Source of the DNA: Saprolegnia diclina VS20
Lineage: Eukaryota
Assembly (NCBI RefSeq): GCF_000281045.1
Contig: NW_008246125.1
Coordinates: 191,451-252,269, forward strand
Length of the DNA stretch: 60,819 nucleotides
Reading direction: 5' to 3'
The notes beneath the pieces were generated by a model. It was not told the origin of the DNA and ran no database searches. It was given only the letters and a program-made list of their open reading frames with translations. This document shows positions 23,000-34,930 of the stretch, one piece after another (position 1 is the stretch's first letter; every line of letters begins with the position of its first letter). Both the position numbers and the translations under genes were made by a program.

Positions 23000-25051
23000 C
23001 TAATGGTGACCCTTGAGCTGGAGCTGAGTGAGCATCGTACGGCGTGTTGGCGGTGCGCGGGGAGCGTCCGCGTCTGACTTGAGGCTAATGCTGGGCACGA
23101 ACGATGAGCGCTGCGGTGGCGCAAACGAGGCCGGGAGTGGAGGTGCCATCATCGGCGGCGGCGTCGGCAGTGGCGGCTGCCCGTGGAATTGCATCGCAAG
23201 AGACGCCACGTTGAAGGCCGGGTTCGATTGCGGTGGCGGTGGCGGCTGCGGAAAGAATTGCTGCATGGAGAAAGCTGGAGGCGGCAACGGCGGTTGGTAC
23301 GACGTTGTCGTCGGCAGTGGCGGTGGCGGCGGCTGGTACGAGGACGAAGGCGGCGGTGGAGGTGGGTACGGCATAGGAGCTGGCGGCATCGTCTTCGGAA
23401 GCGGAGGCGGCATCGACGGCGGTAGTGGTGGTGCTTCAACCGTCTTGGCAAAAGCGGCAAGGTCAAACGGGCGGTCAAGTTGGAACGAGCGGTCCATCGG
23501 AGCCACGTTAAGCGCGTCGAGGCGGAACGAATCCGAGAAGGACGGCACATCCATCGATGTCGACGAGTGCAGGCTCGAGAGAAACGAAGAGGCCTTGGGC
23601 TTGTTGAAAAGGAACGTATGCGGCACGTCGTCACCGTCGTCGTCGTCGTCCGTGTTGAAGATGGGCGGCTTCTGAAGCAAGATCTCGTCGTCGTCGTCGT
23701 CGTCGTCCAAGCCATCTTCTACAAGAAGCGGGTGTCGCGCCGTGCGGGGCACGGTTGTTTCCTCGATCGAGACGATTTCTTCTTCCTTGTGCTCGTCGTG
23801 ATCGTAGAGGTCGCCAAGGCAAAGGCGGTACTGGGCTTGGTACTCGGGACGACAAAGACGATGGCGCTTACGCTGCATTAGCACGCGAAATGCCAAGAGC
23901 TTGTCGAGCTTCTCCGACTCCATCGCGGCAAGTTCAGCGGCAAACTCATGCTCGAGCTTGTACTTCTTGATGTACAGCTGAGCAATGTGATGCTGCTTCT
24001 CGCCAAGCGCGACGCGAATGAGCGATTGGGGTGCGTATGCTGCGTCCGCGTCGAGGCCGAACTTGGATGCGTACTTGAGCGCTTTGTAGAGCTCCTTGAA
24101 CGACAGCATCGAATCGAGCATTTGCCGGAGAAGAGGCAAGTCCGCGCCGAGACCGAAGTCTTTGATGGCCGCGATGGCAGGGAGGAAATCGCCGCAGAGG
24201 ATCATGCGCTCGACGAGCATACGCGTCGTGAACGCCGAGGGACGACCCTTGATACATTTGAGCGCGGCGGCCCACTGCTGCTCGTTCATCATGCGGTCGA
24301 CGAGCTTGTCCAGAGAGAACTCGTCTTGCAGTTTGCATTCCTAAAACAGTTGTGTTGTGAGATATTATGACAAGCACAAGAAGCGTACAGTGATCGCGGC
24401 AGACGCATCTGTCCACGCACGCTCTTCCATCAATCCCGCGATGAGCTGCTTGGGCGGAAACACACGTTCCAGCTGGAACTGTTTCGTATACTTTAGCGCC
24501 GCCTTGTACTGCTGGGCGCGAATCATGGCTTGGATAAGCGTCTGCGGTGTCCAAGATGCGCGAGGTGCAGGGCTCTCGGGCGAATTGAACGCCGGGACAA
24601 GCTCTTGGGCGTAGCGCACGGCGAGATTGAATTGGCCACTGCGAACAAGATCCTTGATAAAGAGCGTGACAAGTGCTTGGTTCTCGCCCAGCTTGAGGTT
24701 GCGAATGAGCCGCCCCGCGAGGTCGAATTGGCGCTGGTCAAGCACGAGGCGCACTACATCCGCGAGTTGGTACTTTTCCGACAAGTATGCCGAGCTCTGG
24801 ATCCAACTCGCGGCCTCTTCGAAGCGGTGGCTCGTAAGAAGTACTTGAAGCTGCTGCTCCAGCAGCGCTGGCGCGAGGTTCACTGCTGTGGTGCGAGGAG
24901 TGCGTTCCTTCGGGTTTGACTGCGTCGGCCGTGCCCGTGGTGGCGTCGGATCTGTAGCGTCCTGAGATGTCTTGCCGCGAGAGCGGGCCCGCGGAGGCGC
25001 TTCGCCTGGCGTCCGCCACTGCTTCTTGCGGCTCTTCGCGTCGTCCGCCAT
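23000..25051 (-). CDS. Helical-repeat protein (FRIGIDA- or Mut-7-N-like repeats) with acidic and proline-rich C-terminus, 2 exons
   Basis: ORFs 24365-25114 and 23000-24292; repeats such as QYKAALKYTKQFQLERVFPPKQLI and LYKALKYASKFGL; poly-Pro tail. Confidence 0.7.
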
Positions 25052-25461
25052 CAAACACTCTCCCTCGGGGGCTGGAACCTCTCGGACGCGATACCGCAAA
25101 TGATGGCCTTTCACGGGACCACTCTATTTCCGTCATCCATTTAGTAAATAGTGTGTTGTAGAGTGACGACTCTCGCAGCTGCCGCTTGGTGCGAGACACG
25201 TCTCTGGACCTCATTTGTCGGGGCGTACCGGTATGTCGTCACTTGGTATAAGTACTAGGAATGTACTTCACCCAAGTAAGGACAGCCTTCTCATCTCGAC
25301 AGTCCCCGCAACAGACCATTGGGAGATTTTTGCCAGTCCTTTGCAAGTCTACGCTATGGTGCAAAATCGCATGTTCTCTACATCACACACTATTCAAGTA
25401 TGACACTATTATCGTTGGAAATAGGATTGGTGGTTTTTTCAAGAAACCAAGGTGCTGCAAG

Positions 25462-26540
25462 ATGGCGCTCGAAATCGTGGCCGTGCAGGACAAGTGGGCC
25501 GAGCTGCTCCCGCCCAAGATCCCGCTGCGCTACGCCTTCTTCCGGTACGAATTCGATGCAGCTCACACCTGGCCTTGAGCAGCCATGCGCTAGGTACCTT
25601 GGCTTCTGCATCAAGAAGCTTGGCGTGGGCGGGCACACGTCGACAGGCGCGCAAAAGCTGGGTCTGCGTGCTGCAGTTTGGTTCCGTGTCAGCAGTAGCA
25701 AGGGCCTTATCCTCGAGCAGTGTGTTCGAAGCGCCTTCAGCGACGGGACCTACTACGTGCAAGACTTGGCCTTCCAGGACGAAGGTCTTCACACATTCAC
25801 AGTATCCGTCGAGGCGCCTACGCTGGCTCCGATTGCACCACTTGTGTTGACCATGAGCATCCACCACTTCATGCGAATCGAAGATGAGCCAATGCTTCTC
25901 AAAGGACCGTATGCACCACTGCGTCGGCTCGTCAACCCGCGGCTGTCCGCAGACCCGCCACAAGCTCTCGACGGTACCGAGGATGGCATCGTGCGGGAAC
26001 TCAAGACGATCAAGCATAGCCTGCGCGCTTGTGATGCCAAGGTACATGCGGTCAATTGCGCCATCTGACGACGACGATGAAATAGTGGTGGATGCGAGCG
26101 TGCGATACCCAGGGTGACCTTGAGGAGCAAAAGCAGCGGAGTCTGCAGAAAACATCAATGGTAAGGTTGACGACTTCACCACCACAATGTTACCCGACAT
26201 GTATTACATTAGGAACATGAAGACCGCCCGTATCGTCGAAAGCCCGTCCGACCCAGTACCTAAAGTCTCTTGTGAAACGGTTTCTCATGTACTGTACTCA
26301 TATAGTTCGATCGGGTGACAAGCGAGACCATGACGGGTACTTTGAAGGGCGTCAAAGAGACATTAAACGTCAGCGCCGAGGCGAAATGCGCATCTTCTCA
26401 GTCGAAGCGCTCTCAGGTATGCTACGAACGCAGTGCCAGTTTCATCTTGCTCACTCATTATCAACGTAGCAAACGAAACCAATATTATCTTCAGCAAGAA
26501 AGAGCTGCACCAGCAACTCGCGTTGTATGCGCAGAGATAA
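25462..26540 (+). CDS. Hypothetical protein, multi-exon; 3' end uncertain
   Basis: MALEIVAVQDKWAELLPPKIPLRYAFFR spliced to YLGFCIKKLG...; coding-like composition with GT-AG introns. Confidence 0.5.
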
Positions 26541-26715
26541 CGCCAATTTGGATCCGTAAATATGGCTCTTGCCACATTTATATAAGTAGGTCCCCCTACC
26601 AAGGTAACCGCTCAGTGAAAATCTCATCTTGAATTTTGTATCAAACACATCAAAGGAGGACTAGCTATTTGGACCGAGACATCAATTTGGAAAATCGCTC
26701 GCAGCAGGAAGAGCC

Positions 26716-28036
26716 ATGGCGACAGGAAAGCGAAGCGACTGCCTCTTCGGGACGTTAGCCTTTACGAGCGACGAGCAGCAGCGCACAGATGCGTACCTAC
26801 GCCAAAAGCTCAACCCGGACGTGCTCTCTCGGCGGCCTGGGCCTGGCGGCCGGCGCCTCACGTACCTCGAGAGCTGCAAGGCGATCGAGATCGCAAATGA
26901 AGCGTTTGGCTTTAACGGTTGGAGCTGCCGCATCGTCGACTGCAACCTCGAATACGTACGAAGCATTCACTTTGGTGATTTCTCGGTCAACACGGCTCGT
27001 AGAAGGACAAGGACAGCAACGGCCGCTGGAGCGTCGGGTACAGCGCAGTCGTGCGCATTGAGCTCAAGGACGGGTCTACGCACGAAGACGTTGGATTTGG
27101 AACGAGCGATGGCATGAAGGAGCTAGGTGCTGCCTTGGAGCAATCCAAAAAGGTACACTATTCAAACTGGTAGAGGCCATATCGTTTCCCACTTACATAG
27201 GCTAGCATTTCGGATGCTCGGAAGCGGGCGCTGCGTCTCTTTGGCGAGTATCTTGGCAACTCGTGCTATGATAAAGAGGTATGCTGACAATCAAAGCCGG
27301 AAATGGTCACTGAATTCGTCTACGTAGCACATCAAGGACGTTGCGGCAAACAGGGTAGGTGACGCTATGACAATTCTCAGGCAACTTGCATCTCGTGTAG
27401 GCTAACAACGTACCGCTGCAGTCCCCGACGTCGATCAAGCTCGAAAACGGGACTACATCCAACGCTATTGCAGTCGAGCCCAACGCCCAACGAGTGCTGC
27501 CGCCAGCGTCAAGTACCTCTCGCGCCGTCAATGGCTCCAAGGCGCAGACAGCTGTACAACGCAAGCCGGAAGGTCCACCGGGTGTGTCAAACCAGACTTC
27601 TGGTATCGTGCAGTACCAACCCGCAGCGGTGTCTCGACCGCCGCAGTACAACCAGGCAAATCAGTTCAACCCTCCGCCACCGATGAACCGCGGACCTCAG
27701 GGTCCCCCGAATGTAAAGCAAGAGCCGTCGTTTGCACCGAAACACAACAACTCGTACGCGCCGCGCCCGGCGTCGACTGTCACCGCCGCACCTGTCACTC
27801 TTGTGGACCACGGCAAGCGCCCGCTACCTCAGCAACAGGCTTTTCCGCGTCCGATGACCAACATGTCGCCCTCCTTGGTCAATGCGTCGCCGTCTCTCGG
27901 TTTTGACCGAAAGAGCGCACCCGTGTGCATGTACCCAGGCGACCCTGGCGTTGACCTCGACGACCTACGCTACTCGCAATTTGAATTTGACGCCAACGAA
28001 ACCAACGAAAGCAACAGCAAGAAGCACAAGTCGTAA
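26716..28036 (+). CDS. RAD52: DNA repair and recombination protein Rad52, multi-exon
   Basis: SRRPGPGGRRLTYLESCKAIEIANEAFGFNGWS; VRIELKDGSTHEDVGFG; SDARKRALRLFGEYLGNSCYDK. Confidence 0.95.
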
Positions 28037-28044
28037 TGGATCAA

Positions 28045-30631
28045 TTAAGGCACGATGCCGTTCGTGAGTTTCTGGAACTTGTCGTAGCGCTTCGTCCACT
28101 TGTTCTTGTAGCTGAGCTTGACGAGCTTCAGCGCATGCTTGACGGTTGCATCGAGGGGTAGCGGCTCGGCAAAGCGCTCACGAAGCCGCTGGAGGTCCTT
28201 GAGCACGTCGCGGTTGGTGAAGCAGGGAAACGTCGACTTGTGCATCATGATTTCGACTAGCGTCAGTATCTTCTCGGCGTTGCGCTAAGGCGGCAGGGTT
28301 CGTTTTTCGTTGTCTCTCACGTGTCGTACCTGGAGCGCGACAAAGCCCGCGGCAAAGAGCTGCGCAAACTTGGCAAACATAGGTGACTGGACGCCGCCGA
28401 GGACCTCGACCATCTCCTTCGTGAGCTTGAATGGCGCTTGGCTCTCGAGGCTCCAGTTGCCGCCTGGCGCGATCCCGAGGAGGAAGCCAAAGTCGATGTG
28501 GATGAGTCGACCTTGCGTGTCGAGCAAGATGTTGCCGTTGTGCCGGTCCTTGATCTGGAGGATGAAGCACACGAGAGAGTACGCCGCGAGGCTCTGCACA
28601 AAGTTGCGCTGCGCCGTGCGAAAGCCAATGGATAACGGGTCACCGTACGTGCGCTCAAAGTGCACACGCAGGCTCTTGTAGTTTTTCTGCTTCTTGAGTG
28701 CATCAAGCGACTGGGCATCGTTGATTGTCTCGATGAGCCCTGTGGAGTTGCCCGTGGAGACGATGCGGTACGAGCGCAACCAGAGGGGGAGGTTGGCGCC
28801 GGCAAAAATATCTCGAAACTTGGCGATCAGCTGCAGCGCAAATACTTCTTGGCGCATGTCGTCGTTCGACTTTGATATCTGCAATATCGAGGATTCGTGT
28901 GTGGTTATGTTGAGAAGGAGCTTACGACCGAGACGAGGTTCCAGCCGGGACGATGGCCGTCCGGTGACGCCGCCTGGATGCGCTTCTACGCGTAGCGTGC
29001 AGGGATGGGTGTATACCGCAGCTTTGTGCTACCTTCTTATCGCTCCAGCTCTCACCGAACACACATGGATCAAGGAGCATGAGCTTGGACAGTCCCATTT
29101 CGTACGCGGTCTTGGAGCTGCGACGCAAGATGCTCGAGTGAAGGTTCTCGTCCACAATGTCCTTCCAGGTCGAAACCTCGTCGTCGTCCAACTCGACGGC
29201 GCTGAAGATCGCGCCGAGTTGCGCATGAACGAGGCGTGCAATTTCGGCACCGTCGTCCATCAGACACGACGATGATGCCGTCGTGAGCGACGGCGTATGC
29301 GTCGGAGACAAGGGGCTGTCGTCGAGAAGCATTGGCTCTTCTTTGTTTTGGGCGTCTTGGAGCACCTCGAAACAAATGAGGCACGGCGCACGCGAGTGTG
29401 TCGAGAAGACTGTGCCCTCGTCGGGGAGAACGCGCAACACACGCGCAAATGGATCTGACGCACGGCCCAGCGGGATATACGCCATCTCTGGGATTTCAAG
29501 CTCTCGAAGGAGGCCGGGAAGAGCAGGCTTTCGAAGCTCGCGCGGCTCCAAGTGGCGCATTTTCTCCGAAATGTCGGTGAGCGCGCGCACAAAGTCACGT
29601 TCTTGATGAAAATACTTGTAGCGCTTGAGGCGCTCGGTCTCGACCCATTCGAGGAGAGCACTCTTCTCGGCGTCCGTAAGAGGCATTGTTGGATCCGTCG
29701 CATTGTCGTTGTCTTCGTTTCGAATCGCATCACGCAAGCCCGGGACATCATGCACGACCTGCGAGAGCTCGAGGTGCTGGTTCACGACCTTGGCCTCGAT
29801 CGACAAGAGGAGCATGGCCACAAGATTGTAGGACGGTGACTCGCGGCAGTCGTGGATGAGACTCTCGAGGAGCCAAAAAAGCTGGAGCGCCAGGTGGATC
29901 GAGTTGCCCAGGTGCGCGAGATATGATTTGCCCTTGCAGATGGAGAGAAGCAGAGGAACAAGCTTGTCCGCATTGCGAGGTGTGTCTGCGTGGACTAGCA
30001 AGTGTACGACTTGCTGGAGGTAAAATTCCACCTACAAGAAAGATGGAATCCACGCATCGAATACAGTGTTCGGACGTCGTCGATCGACCGCGTCGCATAC
30101 TGTGCGAGCTGGTCCACAATGAGATCTGTTGCCACGGCATGGTCCCGGTACTTGTGCAAAAGCCTAAGGCGGTGCACTTAGACTTGTGTTTTGGTATGTG
30201 ACATACGCAACGGCGACGTGGCCGTCAAAGTCAGGCTGTCGCAAGCTGTCGGCGATGAGCTCCTTCTCGATGTCGTCTGAGCAAAAATTGAGTGCTGTCA
30301 TCGCATGGTGCCAACGCTGCTTCTCTGTCTTGGTCTCTGCCTCAATAACGAGGACCTTGGACTTGATCGTCGAGACGATGAGCGCGTTCTGGTACGTCGT
30401 CGAGCCCACGAGCGACTCCTTTGTGCCTTTCTCCAGCTCGTCCATGTCTTTGACCCCGACGACCGAGTACGACGTGCGTGGCCCCGCGCGACCCTTGGCC
30501 TCTTCCTTGCTTGCAAAGACCCCCAGCGTCCGGCCCAAGAGCACGCAGTAGCGGCGCCGGCGCATGTGCAGTTTCACGATGAGGTAGCCCTCGATCTTCG
30601 ACGGCTCGGCCGCAGGGTCGTTGTTGTTCAT
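28045..30631 (-). CDS. PI4KB: Type III phosphatidylinositol 4-kinase with N-terminal PH domain, multi-exon
   Basis: PH (IEGYLIVK...RRRYCVL...AETKTEKQRWHHAM); EFYLQQVVHLL; KSNDDMRQE; IKDRHNGNILLD; IHIDFGF; ends YDKFQKLTNGIVP. Confidence 0.9.
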
Positions 30632-31186
30632 GCTGTTGCGTCTGCGTCCACGAACGACGACTGCGATGGAAGATTGAAGCGGTTTTGGATCTTGGAGTTT
30701 TGCGCGTTTTACTCTTTAAAGAGTCGTTTCACGTTTAGATCGCCGTTCACGAAACTTGCTTTTTCTCCACGTTGATAGGTGGTCATGTCGAGTGTCGCCG
30801 CGTCCATAGTGATTTGCTCCGCGTAACTTGACTGTTAAACCTCCAATGTGTCGAGTGCACCGTAACTCTTTGTTCCTCAGTAACATAGTAAGCTCAACCT
30901 CCCGGGCGAATACTGCGCATCGCAGTCGACAGGTGCCCTAAAGTACGGTGACATTGGTCGCTCGCTCAGCAATAAATCCTCGTACCCGCAAGGTCAGCAC
31001 TAACTCTGATGTGTGCGTGTGAAGACGCAATATCGTGGGCCCTATATGCAGTGCACTCTCGAGCGTTCCCTGCCGTCTTTGCTTAGAAGGCGCGAAATCG
31101 AAACTGTTCCAGATATGGTTGACTTGAAACGAGAATACCAGTCGCATCCACGTTTCAACAACTCGCATTCGGTTGTTTGCTCGAAC

Positions 31187-33309
31187 ATGCCGACGTATGG
31201 AGCGGGACAGCCCCTCTTGCACGCACGGCGCAACGCGTTCACCGAGGCGGACCGCAAGTGCCGCGACGTCCTCTGTACTGATGTGCTCTGCGCATTGTCC
31301 ATCATCTCATGTTGCCCGATTCGTAGGCATTCTCGTCTTCCTTCTCCTATGGGTGGGAATGGCATTTGTGGCTGCTGTCGCGTACCAGGTTCGCATGATC
31401 TCGATTTGCATGCGCTGTCAATTTAACTGTGCATCAGAATGGCAACCCTGGTGCACTCATTTACCCTGTGGATCACACAGGTTGGGATGGAAGAGGTCGT
31501 TAATGTTTTTAACCATGTTGACCAGGGAACTTGTGCAACGCGACGTATCCTGACATGTACTACCCGCACCCTCAGGCCGACGCATCTGCTCACGTACACT
31601 ATTGAAGATGCTTGAGTGACGATCGATGATAATATGACGTCTCGAGTAGGTGCCATACTACGGCATTTGCGTCGCTCAGTGCCCCATGAAAGGCGACGTC
31701 GTTGACGGGCGCGCCTCGAACGCCAGCTTCGCGCCACTGCTTCACCGCTGTATGCCCAAAAACATATCGGACATTTCGACGCGAGCTGCTTACGAGGGTG
31801 TGTTTGGTGACGCTTCGACTGCCTTCAAGTATCTCTCTCGCTACATTCACGACCTGCAGGTCACGTACAAGGCCATATTGGGCATCGGTGCTGTCGGCGG
31901 CTTCGTCGGTTGCCTCTTTTGGCTCGCACTTCTACGCATGGTGCCGAACCTCATCGTATGGGCCAGCATTCTCGCTGTCCTTGTCGCGCTTCTCGCATGC
32001 ACGGCTGTGTGTGCGTCCGAAGCCAACTTGGTTCAAAGCTCTCAGATCAGTGTCCTTGCGTCGTCGATCCGGCTCGAAACCAACGCAAGCCATGCTGCGT
32101 ACTTCAAAGTGGCAACCATCGTGCTTCTTGCTATCGACATATGCTATGTGCTAGTCCTCGCTTTCCTTCGGTCACGCATTCAGCTCTCGATTGGCATCAT
32201 CAAGGTTGCTTGCACCGGCCTCTCGGTACGAATGTGGACTCGAATCATCACTAACCAATACGTTGTGGTAGCACATTCCCATGCTGCTGTTTTTTCCAAT
32301 CGTGCCTGCGCTCAAGCTGCTCGCACTATTTGCATACTTTGTCGTGTCATCCGTGTACATTGCGAGCTGTGGAAATCTCTCAGCGACGCAGCTGAAGGCT
32401 ACAATGCACGGACCCCACTTCGCCGAGACGAGAGACAATGCGACAGATCCGAGCGTCATGAAGTACCTCTTTGCCTACAACGTCTTTGGCGTCTTTTGGA
32501 CACAACAGCTGATTGAAGCGATCGCTGTGTGCACGATCTCTGGCGCAATTTGTCGCTACTACTGGTGTGACAACGATCGGCGCCGTGATCTTGGCTGGGC
32601 CGTCGGGTAGAGTTTCTTATCTCGTAGAACGGATTGCTAAACGTAGCTGCCTAGGGCGTCCGCGTATTACTCGTTGCGGTACCATTTCGGAACGCTGGTC
32701 TTTGGCGCCGGCATTCTGGCGGTCGTGCAATTTCTTCGTGTGCTCCTGGAATACGTTGACCGCCAAACGCAAGGGACACAAAACAAGGCTGTGCAGATTG
32801 TCGTGTGCTGTTGCCGCTGCTGCCTCTACTGCCTACACAAAGTCGTCAAGTTCCTCAGCTCGAATGGTTACATCCTGGTTGCAATGAAGGGCGGCTCGTT
32901 TTGCCACTCGATCGTCGACGCTTTCAACCTCGTGGCCGCCAACCTCGGCCGCATTGGTACACAGAGCATCGTTGCAACTTACGTTTTGTTCTTGGGAAAG
33001 ATGATCATCACGGCCGTGTGCGTTCTCGGCATGTACGCCTTTGAGGTGTCCCATGTGTTGTTGCACCTCACAAGCCCGTTTCCCCCGCTGATCGCGACAG
33101 GTCTTTTGGCGTATGCGATCGCGTGTCTCTTTCTTGGAGTTTTCGACGTTGCCATCCACACGGTACTCCTCAGCGTCTGCGAGGACGAGAAAATAAACCG
33201 CACGACGGGTCAGTACTATGCGACACCAGAAATCCGCTCCTATTTGGATGACTCGGCCAAGTATGCTTTCAAGCACCACCTGCCCGACAGTCAAGATGCA
33301 TCAGTGTAA
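31187..33309 (+). CDS. Choline transporter-like (CTL/SLC44) membrane protein, multi-exon
   Basis: RKCRDV; ICVAQCP; many transmembrane helices; LRYHFGTLVFG; CCCRCCLYCL; GGSFCHS; IHTVLLSVCED. Confidence 0.92.
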
Positions 33310-33498
33310 ACAAGACCACGGGATCATGTACACACGAGAGAACAAGTGTCGTCTATGAATGTAATGAAATGCATATTCTACGCGATGAGAATGCTGTAAC
33401 ACCGTCGCTGCTGCGCCAGCATGGTACGCGTGTGAGCCCAGTGGCCCTACAATCTTTTGCGAAAGGGGTTTGTAAATGGTACGATTGTTCACATATAT

Positions 33499-33785
33499 TT
33501 ATGAGGACGTAGTGCACAGGACTGTCCGGGCTGTCTCGTCGAGAACATCGTCGTACATGCTGTTTTTGGTGGAAGTACGGCCATCAACATTGAATTTGGA
33601 ATTGAGAGGCAGGGTCCGGATGTTGGCACGTGCCTGGAGGCGTGACATCGCAACGTAGAGCTGCTCGTGCGCAAAACCGGATTCTATCAACGCGAGGAAC
33701 CGTCTGACCTTGGGACTTGTCAATAGTCATCACAAATGCGAGACAAACAGGGAGCTATAGACGCTTCAGCTGGAACGGCAGCGTG
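33499..33785 (-). pseudogene. Helitron Pif1-helicase C-terminal remnant
   Basis: LPFQLKRL*LPVCLAFVMTIDKSQGQTV then, after a frameshift, FAHEQLYVAMSRL...TKNSMYDDVL. This matches the RQFPVRLAFAMTINKSQGQT / HGQLYVALSR / TKNIVY pattern. Confidence 0.85.
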
Positions 33786-33859
33786 TTGTGTGCAGGGATG
33801 GAGTATTTCAAAACTTATAAATGTGAGTACACTCACTATTTACGTGCACTCAGAGCCTA

Positions 33860-34930
33860 CTCAACGCTACAATGCTTGCGCTTCTTAGCCGGTGCTTGCG
33901 TGGGTGCCGCCGCCGCTGAGCCAAGTGCTTCAGCGATGTTCATACTCGACTGGGCCTCATCTTGCTCGTGTTGAGGTCGAAGAAGTTGATGAGCGTCACG
34001 GCGGCTTGCGAAGCAAACGTTGCCGACTCGTGGGCATCAACCAGCATGCGGTCGTCGGTCTCGGACCCAATGACCTGCTTGTTGAAGGCCAGCACAAGTA
34101 GCATCTCAAACTTGATGTTGCCGAGGACTGGCGCGACGGCGATCCGTTCAACTTGCAAAGCAAGTGGATCGCTCTAGAAAAGCGTTCGAGTCCGGGCTCG
34201 CCAGCTCGCAGGCCGCAGTCCGTTCAACGAGGCGGTGTTGGTATCCGTTCTTACGCCACCAGAAGGTGATGGCGAGAAGCTTGTAGAGGCGAACCCAGTT
34301 GCGGCGCATGATGTTGCGGCGAGCAAACTTCGTGTTGGAGTCAACAGCACGGTCGCAGATTTGTACGCGCTTGAGAAAATCAACAAAGTCGATCTTCTGC
34401 GTCATCCACGTGTTAAAGCACTGTTGCCGATGCCTGCGGAGGTGCTGGGCACGCTCGTATCCTCAGGGTCGATGATTTCCTCGGGTTGTTGTTGTTGGAA
34501 TGAGTCTATTGAGATATTATTTCCTACAGGTTTTTCTGTTTTGTTTACACGGTGATTTGAGTGAGAGGCGGGCGTCTTTCGGCGAGAGTGCGTATTTTTG
34601 GTGATTTGTTGTGGGAGATTTTCCTTCTAGGCTAAGTGAGTAACGACGCCCTCTTGGCCAATCCCGAACGGGTTACGGCACGGCGGTTCTTCCGATTGGG
34701 TACACCGCGCAGAGGCAGGAGATCGGCCAATTGAATTTGCATGCGCGCAGCTGGTTTGAACCCGCTATCCGTTCGAGCTCGAATTTAAGTGGAACGCCTC
34801 GACCACTACACCAAGGGCTGCCCCTCTGATGATTTCCTTGGGTGCAAGGTTGTACTTGGACTCTTTGTCGATAAGCCTCGGTGCGCCACAGCTCTTGCTG
34901 ACATTGTCGCCGATCATATATTTGCCCGAA
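33860..34930 (-). pseudogene. hAT-type transposase C-terminal (dimerisation domain) remnant, interrupted by a SINE
   Basis: FWWRKNGYQHRLVERTAACELASPDSNAFLER and LGNIKFEMLLVLAFNK resemble the hAT WW...P-S-ER-FS...FEML motif; stops and frameshifts; frame continues across the SINE (KYNLAPKEII|DPEDT). Confidence 0.65.
34486..34827 (-). mobile_element. tRNA-derived SINE, 342 bp, with (CAA)n tail and 15-bp TSD
   Basis: Minus strand: A box TGGTGTAGTGG (34813-34803), B box GGTTCAAACC (34762-34753), CAACAACAACAA tail. TSD GATGATTTCCTCGGG (34471-34485) / GATGATTTCCTTGGG (34828-34842). The 3' end recurs at 50328. Confidence 0.85.

Noticed and set aside
23028..23675. Glycine-rich ORF
   Set aside because: Reverse complement of the proline-rich tail of the minus-strand gene.
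34740..34825. Functional tRNA gene
   Set aside because: Acceptor, anticodon and T stems pair poorly, and the sequence is embedded in a TSD-flanked element with a repeat tail.
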